Below are positions 24,797 through 35,662 of a stretch of 64,000 bases of DNA, in pieces. The notes under the pieces are model-generated. The model saw only the letters and a list, made by a program, of their open reading frames with translations, searched no databases and was not told the DNA's origin. This DNA is from an uncultured Trueperaceae bacterium (GTDB lineage: Bacteria; Deinococcota; Deinococci; Deinococcales; Trueperaceae), in assembly GCA_963727505.1 (NCBI GenBank), contig CAVSGP010000002.1, forward strand, positions 173,184-237,183, written 5' to 3'. A program made the translations under genes and the position numbers. Within the stretch, counting starts at the first letter, position 1. Each line of letters opens with the position of its first letter.

Positions 24797-26106
24797 CGGG
24801 CGCTCGCCGCCTGTGCCACGTCCACCCCGGTGGGGACCATGGTCGTGGCGTCCGTGCCGAGCACGAGCTCCAGGTCCACGGAGCGCCCCCGATAGGCGTC
24901 GAGATGGTCCACCTGTTGCTTGCTGGCGTGGAGCAGCGAGGCGTAGTACTCGGCATCTCGCCAGCCGGGCAGCGTCGCCAGCAGCCGGCTGGGCGTCGGG
25001 TCGACCGTGCCCTCTTCGCGGACCAGGATATCCTTCGCGGGCACCCCCATCGCCTCCAAACGCTTCTGGAACCACGCGCCGAGTTGCGGCGTGCCGCTCC
25101 GGTTGGTGATCAGAAGCGTCGCCGTCGGCGCCTGGCTGAAGGTGCGCGGCGTGCCACCGAAGGTGTCGGCAAGGAAGTGGTTGACCTGTTGCGGATCGAC
25201 CTTCAGCACCGTGCCGACGTCCGGGATCTCGACCTCCTCGGTGGGCAGGGTGGCGGTCTCCTTGAGCTGCAAGCTGCCTACGCGCGACGCGAGTTGGCGC
25301 GCCAGCGCGGGGCTGGCGTTGGTCTGTACATCCTGGAAGAAGGTGTCGACCAGACCCGGGACCTTGGTGACCGCCCGCACGTTCAGCTCCTTCACCTTCG
25401 CCATCAGGGCGTAGGCGAGGCGTTTGACGTTGTCGAGGCGATCGATGTCGCCGCGCAAGGTGTGGCGGTAACGCACGAAGTCGGCCGCCTGCTGCCCGTC
25501 GATATGCTGTGGGCCGGCGGAGAAGTGGATGTGCAGGTTGCCCGCGTTGTCGTCGTAGTTCATGGCGTACGGCACGTTGACGTTCACGCCTCCCAGGGCG
25601 TCGACCAGGTGCTTGAAGATATCGAGCTTGATGATGGCGTAGTAGTCGACCGGTACTCCCAGGATCGCCGACACCCTGCGCCGCAGCGCGTCGGGCCCCC
25701 CGCGCGCGAACACGCCGTTGATGCGGTAGCCGGCGTCGGACAGCCAGATGTCGCGCGGAAGCGCGATCATGGTGATGGCGTCGCCGGTGATGTCGACGTA
25801 GAGGATGGTGTCGGTATTGATGCCGGCGGTGCTGCGCGTGCCCTTGTAGTTCCAACCGACGATCGTCCCGCCCTTGCCGTAGATCGGATCGGCCTCGGCC
25901 TTGGAGTAGAAGATGTCGCGGCCGGCGACCACGAAGCTGACGTGGAAGGCGTTGCCCTTGATTCCCAGGAGTTGGCGCTGCTCGCGGCTGAGCGGCGAGC
26001 GGTGCACGTCGCGGGTCAACCAGTAACCCGCCAGACCGGCCAGGGCGAGGAGCACACCGGCCAGCATGAGGATACGCGCGTTACGAACGGTCAACAATCT
26101 GCTCAT
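24793..26106 (-). CDS. LytR-CpsA-Psr (LCP) family cell-envelope phosphotransferase
   Basis: N-terminal TM anchor, then an LCP core (TDTILYVDITGDAITMIALPRDIW ... YAMNYDDNAGNLHIHF ... DIDRLDNVKR). Confidence 0.8.
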   Translation of the reverse strand: MSRLLTVRNARILMLAGVLLALAGLAGYWLTRDVHRSPLSREQRQLLGIKGNAFHVSFVVAGRDIFYSKAEADPIYGKGGTIVGWNYKGTRSTAGINTDTILYVDITGDAITMIALPRDIWLSDAGYRINGVFARGGPDALRRRVSAILGVPVDYYAIIKLDIFKHLVDALGGVNVNVPYAMNYDDNAGNLHIHFSAGPQHIDGQQAADFVRYRHTLRGDIDRLDNVKRLAYALMAKVKELNVRAVTKVPGLVDTFFQDVQTNASPALARQLASRVGSLQLKETATLPTEEVEIPDVGTVLKVDPQQVNHFLADTFGGTPRTFSQAPTATLLITNRSGTPQLGAWFQKRLEAMGVPAKDILVREEGTVDPTPSRLLATLPGWRDAEYYASLLHASKQQVDHLDAYRGRSVDLELVLGTDATTMVPTGVDVAQAASAR

Positions 26107-26677
26107 ACACCCTCAGGGTGGCGGGGTGGACGGCCTTCCCCTTGGAACGGAGATAGCGCACCTTCGAATCCACGGAGCGCGCATAGGCGGCGTCGAGATC
26201 CCTCAGGGCCAGGGCCCGGATGTCGTCGTTGACGCCCCGGCCCGGCTCGCACACGTCGGCGATATAGACGGCGACGCCGACGCGGTTGCCCGGAGCGACC
26301 CCGAAGACGTGGCCCTCGACCGCTTCCAGCACGTCCGCCTCGTGCACGCCCCAGCGCTCGGCGATGACGCGCGCGGCGCGTCCGTGCACCGACAGCGGAT
26401 GCCCTTCCTCCGTGGCGTTCTCGGGCGGGGCCAGCTCGAACAGCTCCTCGGATGACAGGTCCCGCGCGGCGTCGTGCAGCACCGCGGCAAGACATACGGC
26501 TTCGATCTCGGGCGGGGTGAAGTGGTTGGCGCTGGCGATCGACTCGGCCAGCCTCGCCACGCGCAACACGTGCTGGAAGCGCTCCAAAGAGACCATCGCC
26601 CGCACCCGCACGCAGTACGCGCTGAGCTCGGGGCGGCTGCAGAGGTCCGTTTCGGGCAGCGGGTTGGGTTCGGCCAT
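26081..26677 (-). CDS. yqeK: HD-domain bis(5'-nucleosyl)-tetraphosphatase, YqeK-like
   Basis: RFQHVLRVARLAESIA ... AAVLHDAARD ... GHPLSVHG. ATG 26677 with RBS GAGGAA. Confidence 0.75.
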   Translation of the reverse strand: MAEPNPLPETDLCSRPELSAYCVRVRAMVSLERFQHVLRVARLAESIASANHFTPPEIEAVCLAAVLHDAARDLSSEELFELAPPENATEEGHPLSVHGRAARVIAERWGVHEADVLEAVEGHVFGVAPGNRVGVAVYIADVCEPGRGVNDDIRALALRDLDAAYARSVDSKVRYLRSKGKAVHPATLRVYEQIVDRS

Positions 26678-26844
26678 CGTTCCTCGGTTCGTCGCAGGGA
26701 CGGTCGCGAGCGCCTCCGAGCGCGCCCGGTCACCCCCGACCGCCGGCTGGCGGCACCGACCATTCAACCACATGAAGGTGAGAGCCTGCGGTCTGTCGGC
26801 CGACGGCGAGGGTGGGCTCGCGGCACGCCTCTGTCGAGAACCCG

Positions 26845-28131
26845 TCACCCTTCCGCGTCGGGCGTGCCTTCCCCGTGGTCTTCGGAGAAGTACTCGAACA
26901 CGGCGTCGCCGATGCGCACGTCGTCGCCGTCCCGGGCGCCCGAGCGCTTCAGCAGACGATCGATGCCGTAGGTCTTGAAGTAGCGCTGCAGATAGTTCAC
27001 GGCCTCGGCGTTGGATGCATCGAAGCGGTCGACGAGCGCCTCGATCTCGCTGCCGCGGACCACCCAGCCCTCGCCGCTGGCGTCGCGGCCGACTTCCAGC
27101 GCACGGACCTCCACGCGCCGTTCCGGCGCCTCCCGGCCCACCGCTTCGGGCCGCGCGGGCAGCACCGCGAAGAGCGCCGAGACGAGGTCGCCCAGCCCCG
27201 CGCCCTCCAGCGCGGACACGCTCACCACCGGCAACCCGGCCGCGCTCAAGGCGCGCTCGGCTTCGGCCACCTCCGCGGGTGCCGCCAGGTCGGTCTTGTT
27301 CAGCGCCAGCAGCGCCGGCCGCTCCAGCAGCCCCGGGTCGAAGCTCACCAGCTCGCGCCGCAACGCCTCCAGCGTGGCCATGGGATCGGACGCGATATCC
27401 AGCACGAAGACGAGCAGGCGGGTCCGCGAGATATGTCGCAGGAAGTCGAGTCCCAGCCCCTTCCCGAGATGCGCGTCCTCGATGATGCCGGGGATGTCGG
27501 CGATCGTGAAGCGCTCCATGTCCCGCTCCACCACCCCGAGGTTGGGGCTCAGCGTGGTGAACGGGTACTCCGCGATGACCGGCCGGGCGTTGGAGAGCGC
27601 GGCCAGCAGGCTCGACTTGCCGGCGTTGGGGTAGCCCACCAGCCCGACGTCCGCGATGGTCATGAGCTCGAGCCGCAACCGCCGGCGCTCCCCCGCAGTG
27701 CCGTACTCGGCGAAGCGCGGGGCCTGACGCTGGGCGCCAGCGAACGAGGCGTTGCCGCGCCCTCCTTCACCCCCTTGCGCCACCTGCACCGTCTGCCCGA
27801 CCGTGATCAGGTCGGCCACCAGCTCGCCACTGTCGAGATCGACCGCGGTGGTGCCGACGGGGACCTCGAGCACCATGTCCTCTCCGCCCTGCCCGGAGCG
27901 GTTGCGCCCCTCTCCCTGCTGACCGGTGTCCGCCTTGTAGCGACGGCGCGGCACCAACCGGTCGAGCGAGGAGACGTCGTCGATCGCCCGCAAGTAGACG
28001 CTCCCGCCGGCACCGCCGTGGCCGCCGTCGGGGCCTCCCTTGGGTATGTACTTGAGGCGCAGGAAGGACAGGGCACCGTCGCCGCCCTTGCCCCCCTCCA
28101 CCGTGATGTCGAGCACGTCTCGAAAGGGCAT
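26845..28131 (-). CDS. obg: GTPase Obg/CgtA
   Basis: Gly-rich Obg fold ([35 protein letters not shown]) and G domain ([21 protein letters not shown]). Confidence 0.95.
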   Translation of the reverse strand: MPFRDVLDITVEGGKGGDGALSFLRLKYIPKGGPDGGHGGAGGSVYLRAIDDVSSLDRLVPRRRYKADTGQQGEGRNRSGQGGEDMVLEVPVGTTAVDLDSGELVADLITVGQTVQVAQGGEGGRGNASFAGAQRQAPRFAEYGTAGERRRLRLELMTIADVGLVGYPNAGKSSLLAALSNARPVIAEYPFTTLSPNLGVVERDMERFTIADIPGIIEDAHLGKGLGLDFLRHISRTRLLVFVLDIASDPMATLEALRRELVSFDPGLLERPALLALNKTDLAAPAEVAEAERALSAAGLPVVSVSALEGAGLGDLVSALFAVLPARPEAVGREAPERRVEVRALEVGRDASGEGWVVRGSEIEALVDRFDASNAEAVNYLQRYFKTYGIDRLLKRSGARDGDDVRIGDAVFEYFSEDHGEGTPDAEG

Positions 28132-28155
28132 CGTTCACTCCCGTAGGCCCCAGCA

Positions 28156-28188
28156 GCGTGGGCGCGGCCATGTTGGCCGCGCCCACGC
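28156..28188 (-). terminator. Strong hairpin between rpmA and obg (terminator or attenuator)
   Basis: Perfect 15-bp stem GCGTGGGCGCGGCCA / TGGCCGCGCCCACGC with a 3-nt loop. There is no clear U-tract on the transcribed (minus) strand. Confidence 0.4.
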
Positions 28189-28227
28189 ACCATTTCGTCG
28201 CTCGTACCGCCGTACCGATGGGGTCGG

Positions 28228-28527
28228 TCAGTCCGCCGGGATCGCCTCGTCCGCGCCCGACACGGCTGCCGCCTGCTCCGCCTCGATGCGGATGAAGCGG
28301 CCCTTGCGACCCTTGTCGGCGAAGCGCACCACGCCGTCTCTCAGCGCGAAGAGGGTCCAGTCGCTGCCGACGCCGACGTTCAACCCGGGCTTGAACTTGC
28401 TGCCCCGCTGCCGCACCAGGATATTGCCGGCGCTGACCACCTGTCCGTCGAAACGCTTGACGCCCAGTCGCTTCGACTGGCTGTCGCGACCGTTCTTGGA
28501 GCTGCCTACGCCTTTCTTGTGAGCCAT
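28228..28527 (-). CDS. rpmA: 50S ribosomal protein L27
   Basis: [48 protein letters not shown]. Confidence 0.97.
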   Translation of the reverse strand: MAHKKGVGSSKNGRDSQSKRLGVKRFDGQVVSAGNILVRQRGSKFKPGLNVGVGSDWTLFALRDGVVRFADKGRKGRFIRIEAEQAAAVSGADEAIPAD

Positions 28528-28550
28528 CTCGCTCTACTCCTTCGGTGTGC

Positions 28551-28856
28551 TCAGCCCTGGATCTTGGTGACCCGGACGTCGGTGTACGGCTGGCGGTGGC
28601 CGCGGTGGCGGCGGTAGTTGTTCTTCGCCTTGAACTTGTAGATATCGATCTTGGGCCCGCGGCCATGGCCGACGACCTCGGCCTTGACCGTGGCGCCGTC
28701 GACGTGGGGCGTTCCGACCTTGACCTCGTCGCCGCCGAGCAGGAGCACCGGGAGCTCCACCGTCTCGCCCGCCTCGACGGCGAGCTTCTCGACGCGCACG
28801 ACGTCACCTTCCGCGACGCGGTACTGCTTGCCGCCCGTTCTCACGATTGCGAACAT
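28551..28856 (-). CDS. rplU: 50S ribosomal protein L21
   Basis: [28 protein letters not shown] 28856 has GGGAGG 7 nt upstream; the track start at 28862 is a TTG. Confidence 0.95.
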   Translation of the reverse strand: MFAIVRTGGKQYRVAEGDVVRVEKLAVEAGETVELPVLLLGGDEVKVGTPHVDGATVKAEVVGHGRGPKIDIYKFKAKNNYRRHRGHRQPYTDVRVTKIQG

Positions 28857-29028
28857 CGTCAACCTCCCGCGGCCCGCACCCTCAGTGGGTCGGCCGCCTC
28901 ACCTGCACCTGCATCGGGTGCGCCTTCCACCAGCACGCGCCGGAGCCGCCCCTTGCAGGACCGCCCGGCGCCGATCAGCGCTCGATTCAGCGGAGGCGGC
29001 CCCTCGGGCGCCATCCACCAGAACCGTC

Positions 29029-29057
29029 ATTATAGGCGAGGCTTCCCGCACACGCAA
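29029..29057 (-). promoter_or_regulatory. Candidate sigma-70 promoter of rplU-rpmA
   Basis: The minus strand reads TTGCGT, a 17-nt spacer, then TATAAT. This implies a GC-rich leader of about 165 nt. Confidence 0.5.
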
Positions 29058-29075
29058 GCGGCGGCGCGCCAACGC

Positions 29076-29081
29076 TACAAT
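29076..29081 (+). promoter_or_regulatory. Candidate -10 box placed for a leaderless transcript of the thioesterase-like gene
   Basis: TACAAT lies 9 nt upstream of ATG 29091, with no Shine-Dalgarno. Confidence 0.4.
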
Positions 29082-29090
29082 CGCCCTGCC

Positions 29091-29612
29091 ATGCCCGAGC
29101 CCCACCACCCCGGGAACCTCCGCGCCCGCGCTTCGGCCGGCGAGGTCGAGCGCTACCTGGCCGAGCACATCCCGCTGGCGCGGGCGCTCGGCGCCCGGGT
29201 GGAACGCTACGACGCTCGCGAGCTACGGATCTCCGCGCCGCTGACGCCCAACCTCAACCACCGGGACACCGCCTTCGGCGGCAGCCTCTCGGCCCTGGCC
29301 ATTCTCGCCGGCTGGGCCAGGGTGGCCTTCGACTTGCGCGCGCGGGGCGTAAGCGCGCACGTGGTCGTCCAACGCAGCACCGTCGACTTCGATGCGCCGG
29401 TGGAGAGCGCGTTCGAGGTCCGCATCGCGGCCTTCGACGAGGCCGTCTGGGCCACATTCCAACGCACGCTGGCGAGGCGCCGCAAGGCGCGCATCGTTGT
29501 CCAGGGCACGCTGCTGGCCAACGGGGAGCCGGTAGCCCGCTTCGACGCGCGCTACGTGGCGCTCTCCGGCGACGCCGGCACGGCCTCCTCCCGACCGCGC
29601 TCGAAGAGGTAG
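29091..29612 (+). CDS. Hotdog-fold thioesterase-like protein (YiiD C-terminal domain type)
   Basis: [49 protein letters not shown] matches the YiiD_C/PaaI-like pattern. The last 61 nt overlap the convergent RND gene. Confidence 0.65.
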   Translation: MPEPHHPGNLRARASAGEVERYLAEHIPLARALGARVERYDARELRISAPLTPNLNHRDTAFGGSLSALAILAGWARVAFDLRARGVSAHVVVQRSTVDFDAPVESAFEVRIAAFDEAVWATFQRTLARRRKARIVVQGTLLANGEPVARFDARYVALSGDAGTASSRPRSKR

Positions 29613-32600
29613 AACGCCGCTGGGACCACGAAGAACGTGAGCAGCGCCGAGACCAGGATGCCACCGAGCATCACCAGGGCGATGCCGTGGTTGAACTCCG
29701 ATCCCGCGCCGCGTCCCAACAACAGCGGGAAACTGATGACCAGCACCGTCAGCGTCGTCATGACGATGGGGCGGAAGCGAAGCCGCGCCGACTCGACCAT
29801 CGCCTGCTTGAACGGCATCTTGCCGATACGCTCGACCACGAACTCCAGGTAGAGGATGGCGTTCTTCGCCGACAGGCCGATCAGCAGCAACATCCCCATG
29901 AGGCTGAAGATGTCGAGCGACTGGCCCTGCACCACCAGGAACCACACCGCCCCGGCCACCGCCAGCGGCACCGGCAACAGCAGATAGATGGGGTAGCGGA
30001 AGGAGTTGAACTGCGCTCCCATCACCAGGTAGGCGAGCAGCAGTGCCAGTGCGAACACCCGCGGCCCCAGGGTACCGAGCTGCCGGGACAGCCCGGCGCG
30101 ACCGAAGCTGTCCCCGGCGCCCAGCGTGACGTGGCTGTCCAGCACTCCGGCCTGGGTGAGCTGCTCGGTGATCTGGCGCTGGAACTCGATCGGGCTCGGC
30201 GCATCGGCGCTGGGCGTGATGGAGAAGCGCGCGCTGTACAGGCGGTTGCTGCGGCTGATGCTGATCGGCGCCTGCCTCTCGACGATGGCGCCGAGCTGAC
30301 TGATCTGGAGGTTGGTGTGCAACGACGGCGCGTAGATGGGCAACGACAGCAGCGACTGCGCGTCGTGGAGATAGGTGGGATCGAGCTGGACGACGATGCT
30401 GTCGCTCTCGCCACCGGTCTGCACGGCACCGGCGGTGCTGCCGCCGGTGAAGGCGCGCAACGTCTGCGCGACGCTGTTGGCGGAGATGCCGGTGCCGGAG
30501 AGCAAGTCGGGATTGGGCACGAACACGGACTCCGGCGAGGACTGCTGGTTGCCGGCGTCGACGCTCAGCACGTCCGGGTCCCCCGACAGCACCGCCGACA
30601 CCCGTTGCAGTCGCTGGTTGAGCAGGGCGTAGTCGGTCGACAGCAGGTCGAACGACACGGCCGAGCCCTGGCCGCGGAAGCCGCCGCCCGTGCGCACGAA
30701 CACCCGGGCCCCGGGGATGGCGCTCGCCGCGCTCTGCAGCGCACCCTGGTACTCGGCGCCGAGCGCGTAGATGCTGGGCCGCTGGGTGACGGGCGCGAGC
30801 TGTGCTTGCACGCTGACGTCGTTGCTGCTCACACTCGTCTGAACGGTGCGCACCGCCTTCTGCGCCAGCAGGTAGCGCTCCACATTGCCGGCCACCTGGT
30901 TGGCGGCGGCCAGGGTGGTACCGGAGGGCAACCGGGCGCCGATCTGCATCAGGCCGGAGTCGGTCTGCGGCACGAAGTTGAGCGACACCCTGGGGCCCAC
31001 CACGAACAGCGTGAGCGCCAGGAAGGCGCCCGCACCCAGAAGGACCAAGGCGCTGAACGGGAGCATCCGTTCGAGCAACGCGGCATAACCATCGCGCGTC
31101 CGGCGCAGCCCCGCCTCGGTCCAACCGTGCAGGGTGGTCGTGAGCGCCTCCAGCGTCGTGAAGACCGCCCTCACCAGATAGGCAAGGACCATCAGCGCCG
31201 GCGGGAAGAGCACCAGCGCGAGCAGGGACAGCGGGGACGCGAAGCGCCACAGAGCATAGGCGCCGGCCGCCACCGCGAGCAACCCGAGCGGCCGACGCCA
31301 GGCACGCCAACCCCAGCGCACGGCGTCGCCGAAGGCGACCAGGCTGCGGCCGGCGTCGCGCCAGCCACGGGGCGGCGCGTCGCCGATGTAGGCCATGCGG
31401 ACCGTCAGGAACAGGAGCGCCTCGAGCCAGGAGAGGAACACCGCGGCCGCCAGTCCCAGCCCGAACTGGCGCAGGTAGGCTCCGGCGAAGCCGCCCATGA
31501 AGCTCACCGGGATGAGCACCGCCAGGATCGACAGCGACGCCGCCGTGACAGCGCCGAACACCTCGCTGGCGCCGCGTAGCACGGCGGTGCGGCGGTCCAG
31601 GCCCATCGCGCGGTAGCGCTCCACGTTCTCGGCAACCACGATGGAGTCGTCGACCACGATGCCGATCGCCACGATGAGCGCCAGCAGCGACACCTCGTTG
31701 AAGGTGAAGCCCATCAAGCCGTAGAGCACGGGCGCGGCGGAGAGCGCGATGGGGATGGCCAGGATCACCGTGAAGGCGGTGTTGAGCCGCCCCAGGAAGA
31801 GCAGCACGATGATCGCCACCACGATGGCGGTGATCCACAGCTCGTGGAAGGTGGACTGCACCGAAGCCACGATGGGGCCGGTGGTGTCGTTGCTGACCGT
31901 GACGCTGTAGCCCGTGGGCAGCACGGTGCGCTGGAGGTAGGCACGCACGCCGTTCGCCACGGCCACGGCGTTGCTGCCCGACGCCTGCTGGACCGACAGC
32001 AGCACTGCCGGCTTACCGTTGACACGGGTATAGGAGTTGGCGATGGAAGCCTGCTGCACCCGGCCGAGATCCTGCACGCGGACGTTGCGGCTGTTGTCGA
32101 CCACCATGGTGGCGATGTCCTGCACGCCGGTGGGCTGGGTGCGGGTGGAGAAGGTGAGGACGTCGTTCTGGCGCGTGATCGAACCGATCGGCTGGTTGAC
32201 GATGGATGCCCCGATGGCCTGGCTGACCTGCTGGGGCGCAAGGTTGTAGTAGCTCAACTTGGCGGGGTCGAGCAGCACCTGGTAGCGGCGGCTCGAGCCG
32301 CCCGAGACGTTGACGTTGGCCACGCCGGGCACGAGTTGCAGGGCGGGAACCAGGATGTTGTTGGCGTAGGCGTAGACGTCGTCCATGTTGGCGCCGTTGC
32401 CCTGCAGGCCCAGCTCCAGGATGGGTTGCGCGTTCGGATCGAAGGTCCGCACGATCGGTGAGTTGGCGTCGCTGGGGAGGCCGCGCAGGGCGGCGACCTG
32501 TGCCGCCACGGCGTTGGCGATGGCGGCCTGGTTGGTATCGGTGCCGAATTGCAGGATCACGCGGCTCGAGCCGGTGCCGCTGTTCGAGCTGATGCTGGTG

Positions 32601-32911
32601 ATGCCGCCCACGGTCGAAACCGCGGACTCCACCACCTGCGTGACCTGCTGGTCCACCACCGCCGGCGACGCGCCGGGGTAGCTGGTGCTCACCATCACCA
32701 CCGGGATGTTGGTGGTGGGCAGCAGATCCACGCCCAGGCGGCTGGCCTCGATCAATCCGAAGACGACCACGCCCACGAAGATGCCAATGGACAGCACGTA
32801 GCGAGCCACCGACAACCCCACCAGCGGGTTGACGCGCGTGGCGACCACCGCGCTGGCTTCCTCGCCCGCACCCCGCGAGGCGGCGGGTTCCCGATCGTCC
32901 TCGCCCATCAC
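29552..32911 (-). CDS. RND-family efflux transporter, inner-membrane permease (cassette 1)
   Basis: 1119 aa with AcrB-type architecture (12 TM helices, two large loops) and conserved segments such as [19 protein letters not shown] and [13 protein letters not shown]. Confidence 0.9.
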   Translation of the reverse strand: MMGEDDREPAASRGAGEEASAVVATRVNPLVGLSVARYVLSIGIFVGVVVFGLIEASRLGVDLLPTTNIPVVMVSTSYPGASPAVVDQQVTQVVESAVSTVGGITSISSNSGTGSSRVILQFGTDTNQAAIANAVAAQVAALRGLPSDANSPIVRTFDPNAQPILELGLQGNGANMDDVYAYANNILVPALQLVPGVANVNVSGGSSRRYQVLLDPAKLSYYNLAPQQVSQAIGASIVNQPIGSITRQNDVLTFSTRTQPTGVQDIATMVVDNSRNVRVQDLGRVQQASIANSYTRVNGKPAVLLSVQQASGSNAVAVANGVRAYLQRTVLPTGYSVTVSNDTTGPIVASVQSTFHELWITAIVVAIIVLLFLGRLNTAFTVILAIPIALSAAPVLYGLMGFTFNEVSLLALIVAIGIVVDDSIVVAENVERYRAMGLDRRTAVLRGASEVFGAVTAASLSILAVLIPVSFMGGFAGAYLRQFGLGLAAAVFLSWLEALLFLTVRMAYIGDAPPRGWRDAGRSLVAFGDAVRWGWRAWRRPLGLLAVAAGAYALWRFASPLSLLALVLFPPALMVLAYLVRAVFTTLEALTTTLHGWTEAGLRRTRDGYAALLERMLPFSALVLLGAGAFLALTLFVVGPRVSLNFVPQTDSGLMQIGARLPSGTTLAAANQVAGNVERYLLAQKAVRTVQTSVSSNDVSVQAQLAPVTQRPSIYALGAEYQGALQSAASAIPGARVFVRTGGGFRGQGSAVSFDLLSTDYALLNQRLQRVSAVLSGDPDVLSVDAGNQQSSPESVFVPNPDLLSGTGISANSVAQTLRAFTGGSTAGAVQTGGESDSIVVQLDPTYLHDAQSLLSLPIYAPSLHTNLQISQLGAIVERQAPISISRSNRLYSARFSITPSADAPSPIEFQRQITEQLTQAGVLDSHVTLGAGDSFGRAGLSRQLGTLGPRVFALALLLAYLVMGAQFNSFRYPIYLLLPVPLAVAGAVWFLVVQGQSLDIFSLMGMLLLIGLSAKNAILYLEFVVERIGKMPFKQAMVESARLRFRPIVMTTLTVLVISFPLLLGRGAGSEFNHGIALVMLGGILVSALLTFFVVPAAFYLFERGREEAVPASPESAT

Positions 32912-34562
32912 TGGCCTCCGCCGGCCGGCGGAGGCCCGCTGCCGCCGGTGGGGCCGCCCGCAGGCAAGCTACGACGGCCCGAAGGGGCCGTTCCGCCGGG
33001 CGCCGTACCACTCGGTGCAGGACTGCCGGGCGCAGGACTGCCGGGCGCAGCCGCGCCGGCGGCCGCGCCACCGTTCCCGTTCGGGACGCCCGCTCCCCGT
33101 GCGCTCCGTGCCGAGGGTGCGCTGCGGTCGCTCGGAGCGCCACCGGCCGACCCGCTGCGGGCCGCCGTGCTGACCTCGGAGCCGTCGAGCAGCCCGGGTG
33201 GGGGCTGATCGATGACCGTCGCCCCCGACGGGACTCCGCTGACGGCTGCGTCGCTGCCGGCCTGCGCCAGGATGGTCAGATCGGTCTGCACCGCCTTGCC
33301 GCCCTCGATCAGGAACACGAAGGTATTGGTGCCGTCGTTCTGGATGGCGCTGATCGGCACGAGCGTGGCCGTGGCCAGGGTGACCCGGTAGGGCACGGTG
33401 CCCACGACGCCGATGGCGAGCGAGCCGGCCGGCGCCCCCCGCCGCGCCGCCCGTCGGCGCGTCCTGTGCAGTGGAGTGCTGTGCAGCGGAGTCCTGTGCA
33501 GTGGCGTCGAAACGGGCGGTCACTGCGACTCCCTGGTTGACAGGGACACCGGGCCGCTGGGTGACGGTGATCGGGTACTGCGCCACGCCGGTATCGAACG
33601 ACAGGCGCGTGCCTGCGGTGAACGCGGCCGCGTCGGAGGGCGGCACCGACATCTGCACCTGCCGCTGCCCGCTGACGAGCATCGCCACCGCCGTGGACGG
33701 CCCCACGTACTCGCCGGGGGCCACGTTGAAGGCAGCGACTTGTCCTGCGAAGGGAGCTCGGATGGTGGCGTTCGCGAGGTTCATCTCCGCCTGCTTGACG
33801 CCGTTCTGGGACTGCGACACCGCCAGCCGCAACTGCTGCAGGCTTCCGGTCTGGGCGCGCTGGTTCTGCGACGCGTTGTTCTCCGCCGAGGCGACGTTCG
33901 CCCGGGCCTGGTCGAGCTGACTCCTGGCGCTGTCCACGCTGGACTTGGAAGTGCCGCCCAGCGCGTAGACCTTCTGCGCCGAGGCGTAATTCGCCTCCGC
34001 CGCCGACAGCGCAGACTTGGCTGCCTCCAGCTGGTGGTCGAGCTGCGCGACCGCCTGCTCGGTGTTCGTCTGCTGTGTGCTCAGATTGATCTCCGCATTG
34101 CTGAGCGACGTCTTGGCGTTGGCGAGCGCCAGCTCCAGGTTATCGGTGGCAAGCTGCATGATCGGCTGCTGGGCGTGGACCTCGTCCCCCGCAGCCACCA
34201 ACAGCGTCTTCACGGTGCCGCTGGCCTGCGCCGCGACGTTGCTCTGCATCACCGCGGCCACCGTCCCCGTCGCGGTGCGGTCGGCCACCAGCGGACCGCT
34301 CTTCACCGTGACCGCCTGTACCTCGACGGTAGCGCCGGTGCCGCCGCCCCCTGCGAACCCGCCACCCGGGGAGCCTCCCGCTCCGCCGCGCGAGAACCCG
34401 CCGGCGCCGCCGCGTCCGCCGCCGGGAAACGCGCCGCCGGGTGCAGCACTGCCGGCGCCGCCGGCGGCGCACCGGAGTGCCCGTGCTACCCCGGAGTGCG
34501 TAGCCACCGAAGCCCGCAGCGACCACCAGGATGATCAGGAGCGCCCAGCCGCGGGCTCTCAC
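32908..34562 (-). pseudogene. RND periplasmic adaptor (MFP/HlyD family), cassette 1, reading frame broken twice
   Basis: The GTGA-coupled start at 34562 gives the TM anchor RARGWALLIILVVAAGFGGYAL in one frame. The barrel-sandwich/coiled-coil body (IRAPFAGQVAAFNVAPGEYV) lies in a second frame from about 34500 to 33430. The C-terminal domain (VPYRVTLATATLVPISAIQ ... VFLIEGGKAVQT) lies in a third frame ending GTGATG-coupled to the RND gene. Confidence 0.7.
33461..33505. repeat. 15-bp tandem repeat x3 inside the adaptor gene
   Basis: gtcctgtgcagtgga, gtgctgtgcagcgga and gtcctgtgcagtggc. Encodes TAQDS AAQHS TAQD on the minus strand. Confidence 0.85.
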
Positions 34563-35662
34563 GGAGCGCCTCCCGACCCCGGCGTCGCCGGCCCCACCAG
34601 GCCTGTGAGGTCCTGCCCGGCCGAGACGGAGAGCGTCACGAGCGCGTTGCGGTAGCCGTCGACGGCCTGCAGCAGGCTGTAGGTCGAAGAGGCGACCGCG
34701 ACCCCATCGGACTGGACCTGGAGGGCGGAAACCGTGCCCGCCTCGAGGGCCGCCCGGTCCTGCTGCAAGACCTGACGGACGTTGTCGAGGTTCTGCTGCG
34801 CGATGGCGATGCGGGCATCGGCGTCGTGCGCCGCCTGGTAGGCGTTCGCCAGGCTGGTGGCGGCGTTCTGCCGGGCGGTGTCCAGACTTCTCTGGGCATT
34901 GTCCAGCGACGTCTTGGCCGTCTGGTAGGTCATGCGGGGGGTGTAGTCGTTGTCGTAGAGCTTGACCTGGAGCGTGTAGAGCTCGACCGACTGCCGCGCC
35001 TGGACCACCGATGGCAAGCGCTGCAGCAGTCCCTTCTCGAGGTCGGCAAGCTTCGCGGTCACTTGCGGCAGGTCGGGCGGAGCGGAGACCGTCACCGATC
35101 CCAGGTCGGTCACGCCGAGCAGCGTAGCGAGCTGCGCGCCGGCCGCGGGCACCTTGGCCTGGGCGTTGGCAAGGGTCTGTTGGGCGCTCTGCAGCGCGGT
35201 CCTGGCCTTGGAGACATCGAGTGAGGTGGCATTCCCGTCGCCGAACTTCGCCTGCGCCACCTGCAGATCGCGATCCGCCAGGTCGCGCTGGGCCTGCGCC
35301 ACCGTTACGTTCTGCTGTGCCTCGTACAGCGACAGGTAGGCGTTGACGACGCTCTGGAGCACCTGGAGCCGGGTTGCTTCCAGCCCGACCCGGCTCTGCG
35401 CGGCCGCCTGCTGCGCCTGCGTCTTCTGCAGTACCAGCGCCGACGGATCGGCCTGCACCGCCTTGAGCTGGAGCCCCGCGTTGGCCAGGTTGGTCTGGGC
35501 GCTGGCCAGCGCGGCGCCCTGCCCGTAGGCGCGTGCCAGCGCCTGGGGAAGATCGAGGGTGGCGGCCTTCGCCGTCGACGAGGGCTGAGGCGGAACGACG
35601 CTCTGCTGCGCCGACGCCGTCGCGACGAGCAGAGCGACGAGGAGGAACGTGCGGATTCTCAT
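34559..35662 (-). CDS. TolC-like outer membrane efflux protein, b-type (cassette 1)
   Basis: Signal peptide MRIRTFLLVALLVATASAQ, then Ala/Gln-rich long helices typical of OMF proteins. ATGA overlap with the upstream OMF gene and GTGA overlap with the adaptor start. Confidence 0.8.
   Translation of the reverse strand: MRIRTFLLVALLVATASAQQSVVPPQPSSTAKAATLDLPQALARAYGQGAALASAQTNLANAGLQLKAVQADPSALVLQKTQAQQAAAQSRVGLEATRLQVLQSVVNAYLSLYEAQQNVTVAQAQRDLADRDLQVAQAKFGDGNATSLDVSKARTALQSAQQTLANAQAKVPAAGAQLATLLGVTDLGSVTVSAPPDLPQVTAKLADLEKGLLQRLPSVVQARQSVELYTLQVKLYDNDYTPRMTYQTAKTSLDNAQRSLDTARQNAATSLANAYQAAHDADARIAIAQQNLDNVRQVLQQDRAALEAGTVSALQVQSDGVAVASSTYSLLQAVDGYRNALVTLSVSAGQDLTGLVGPATPGSGGAP

Noticed and set aside
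24797-25855. The upstream part of the 481-aa ORF 24410..25855
   Set aside because: Only the last 128 codons are RsfS. The upstream part is an alternative frame of the LCP gene.
29552-29612. The 61-nt convergent overlap of the thioesterase-like gene and RND1
   Set aside because: The tail of the thioesterase-like ORF is low complexity ([15 protein letters not shown]). This is probably just a late stop in GC-rich DNA and has no special significance.
29223-31838. The 871-aa minus-strand and 630-aa plus-strand ORFs inside the RND1 gene
   Set aside because: They are alternative or antisense frames of a gene with unmistakable AcrB-type sequence.
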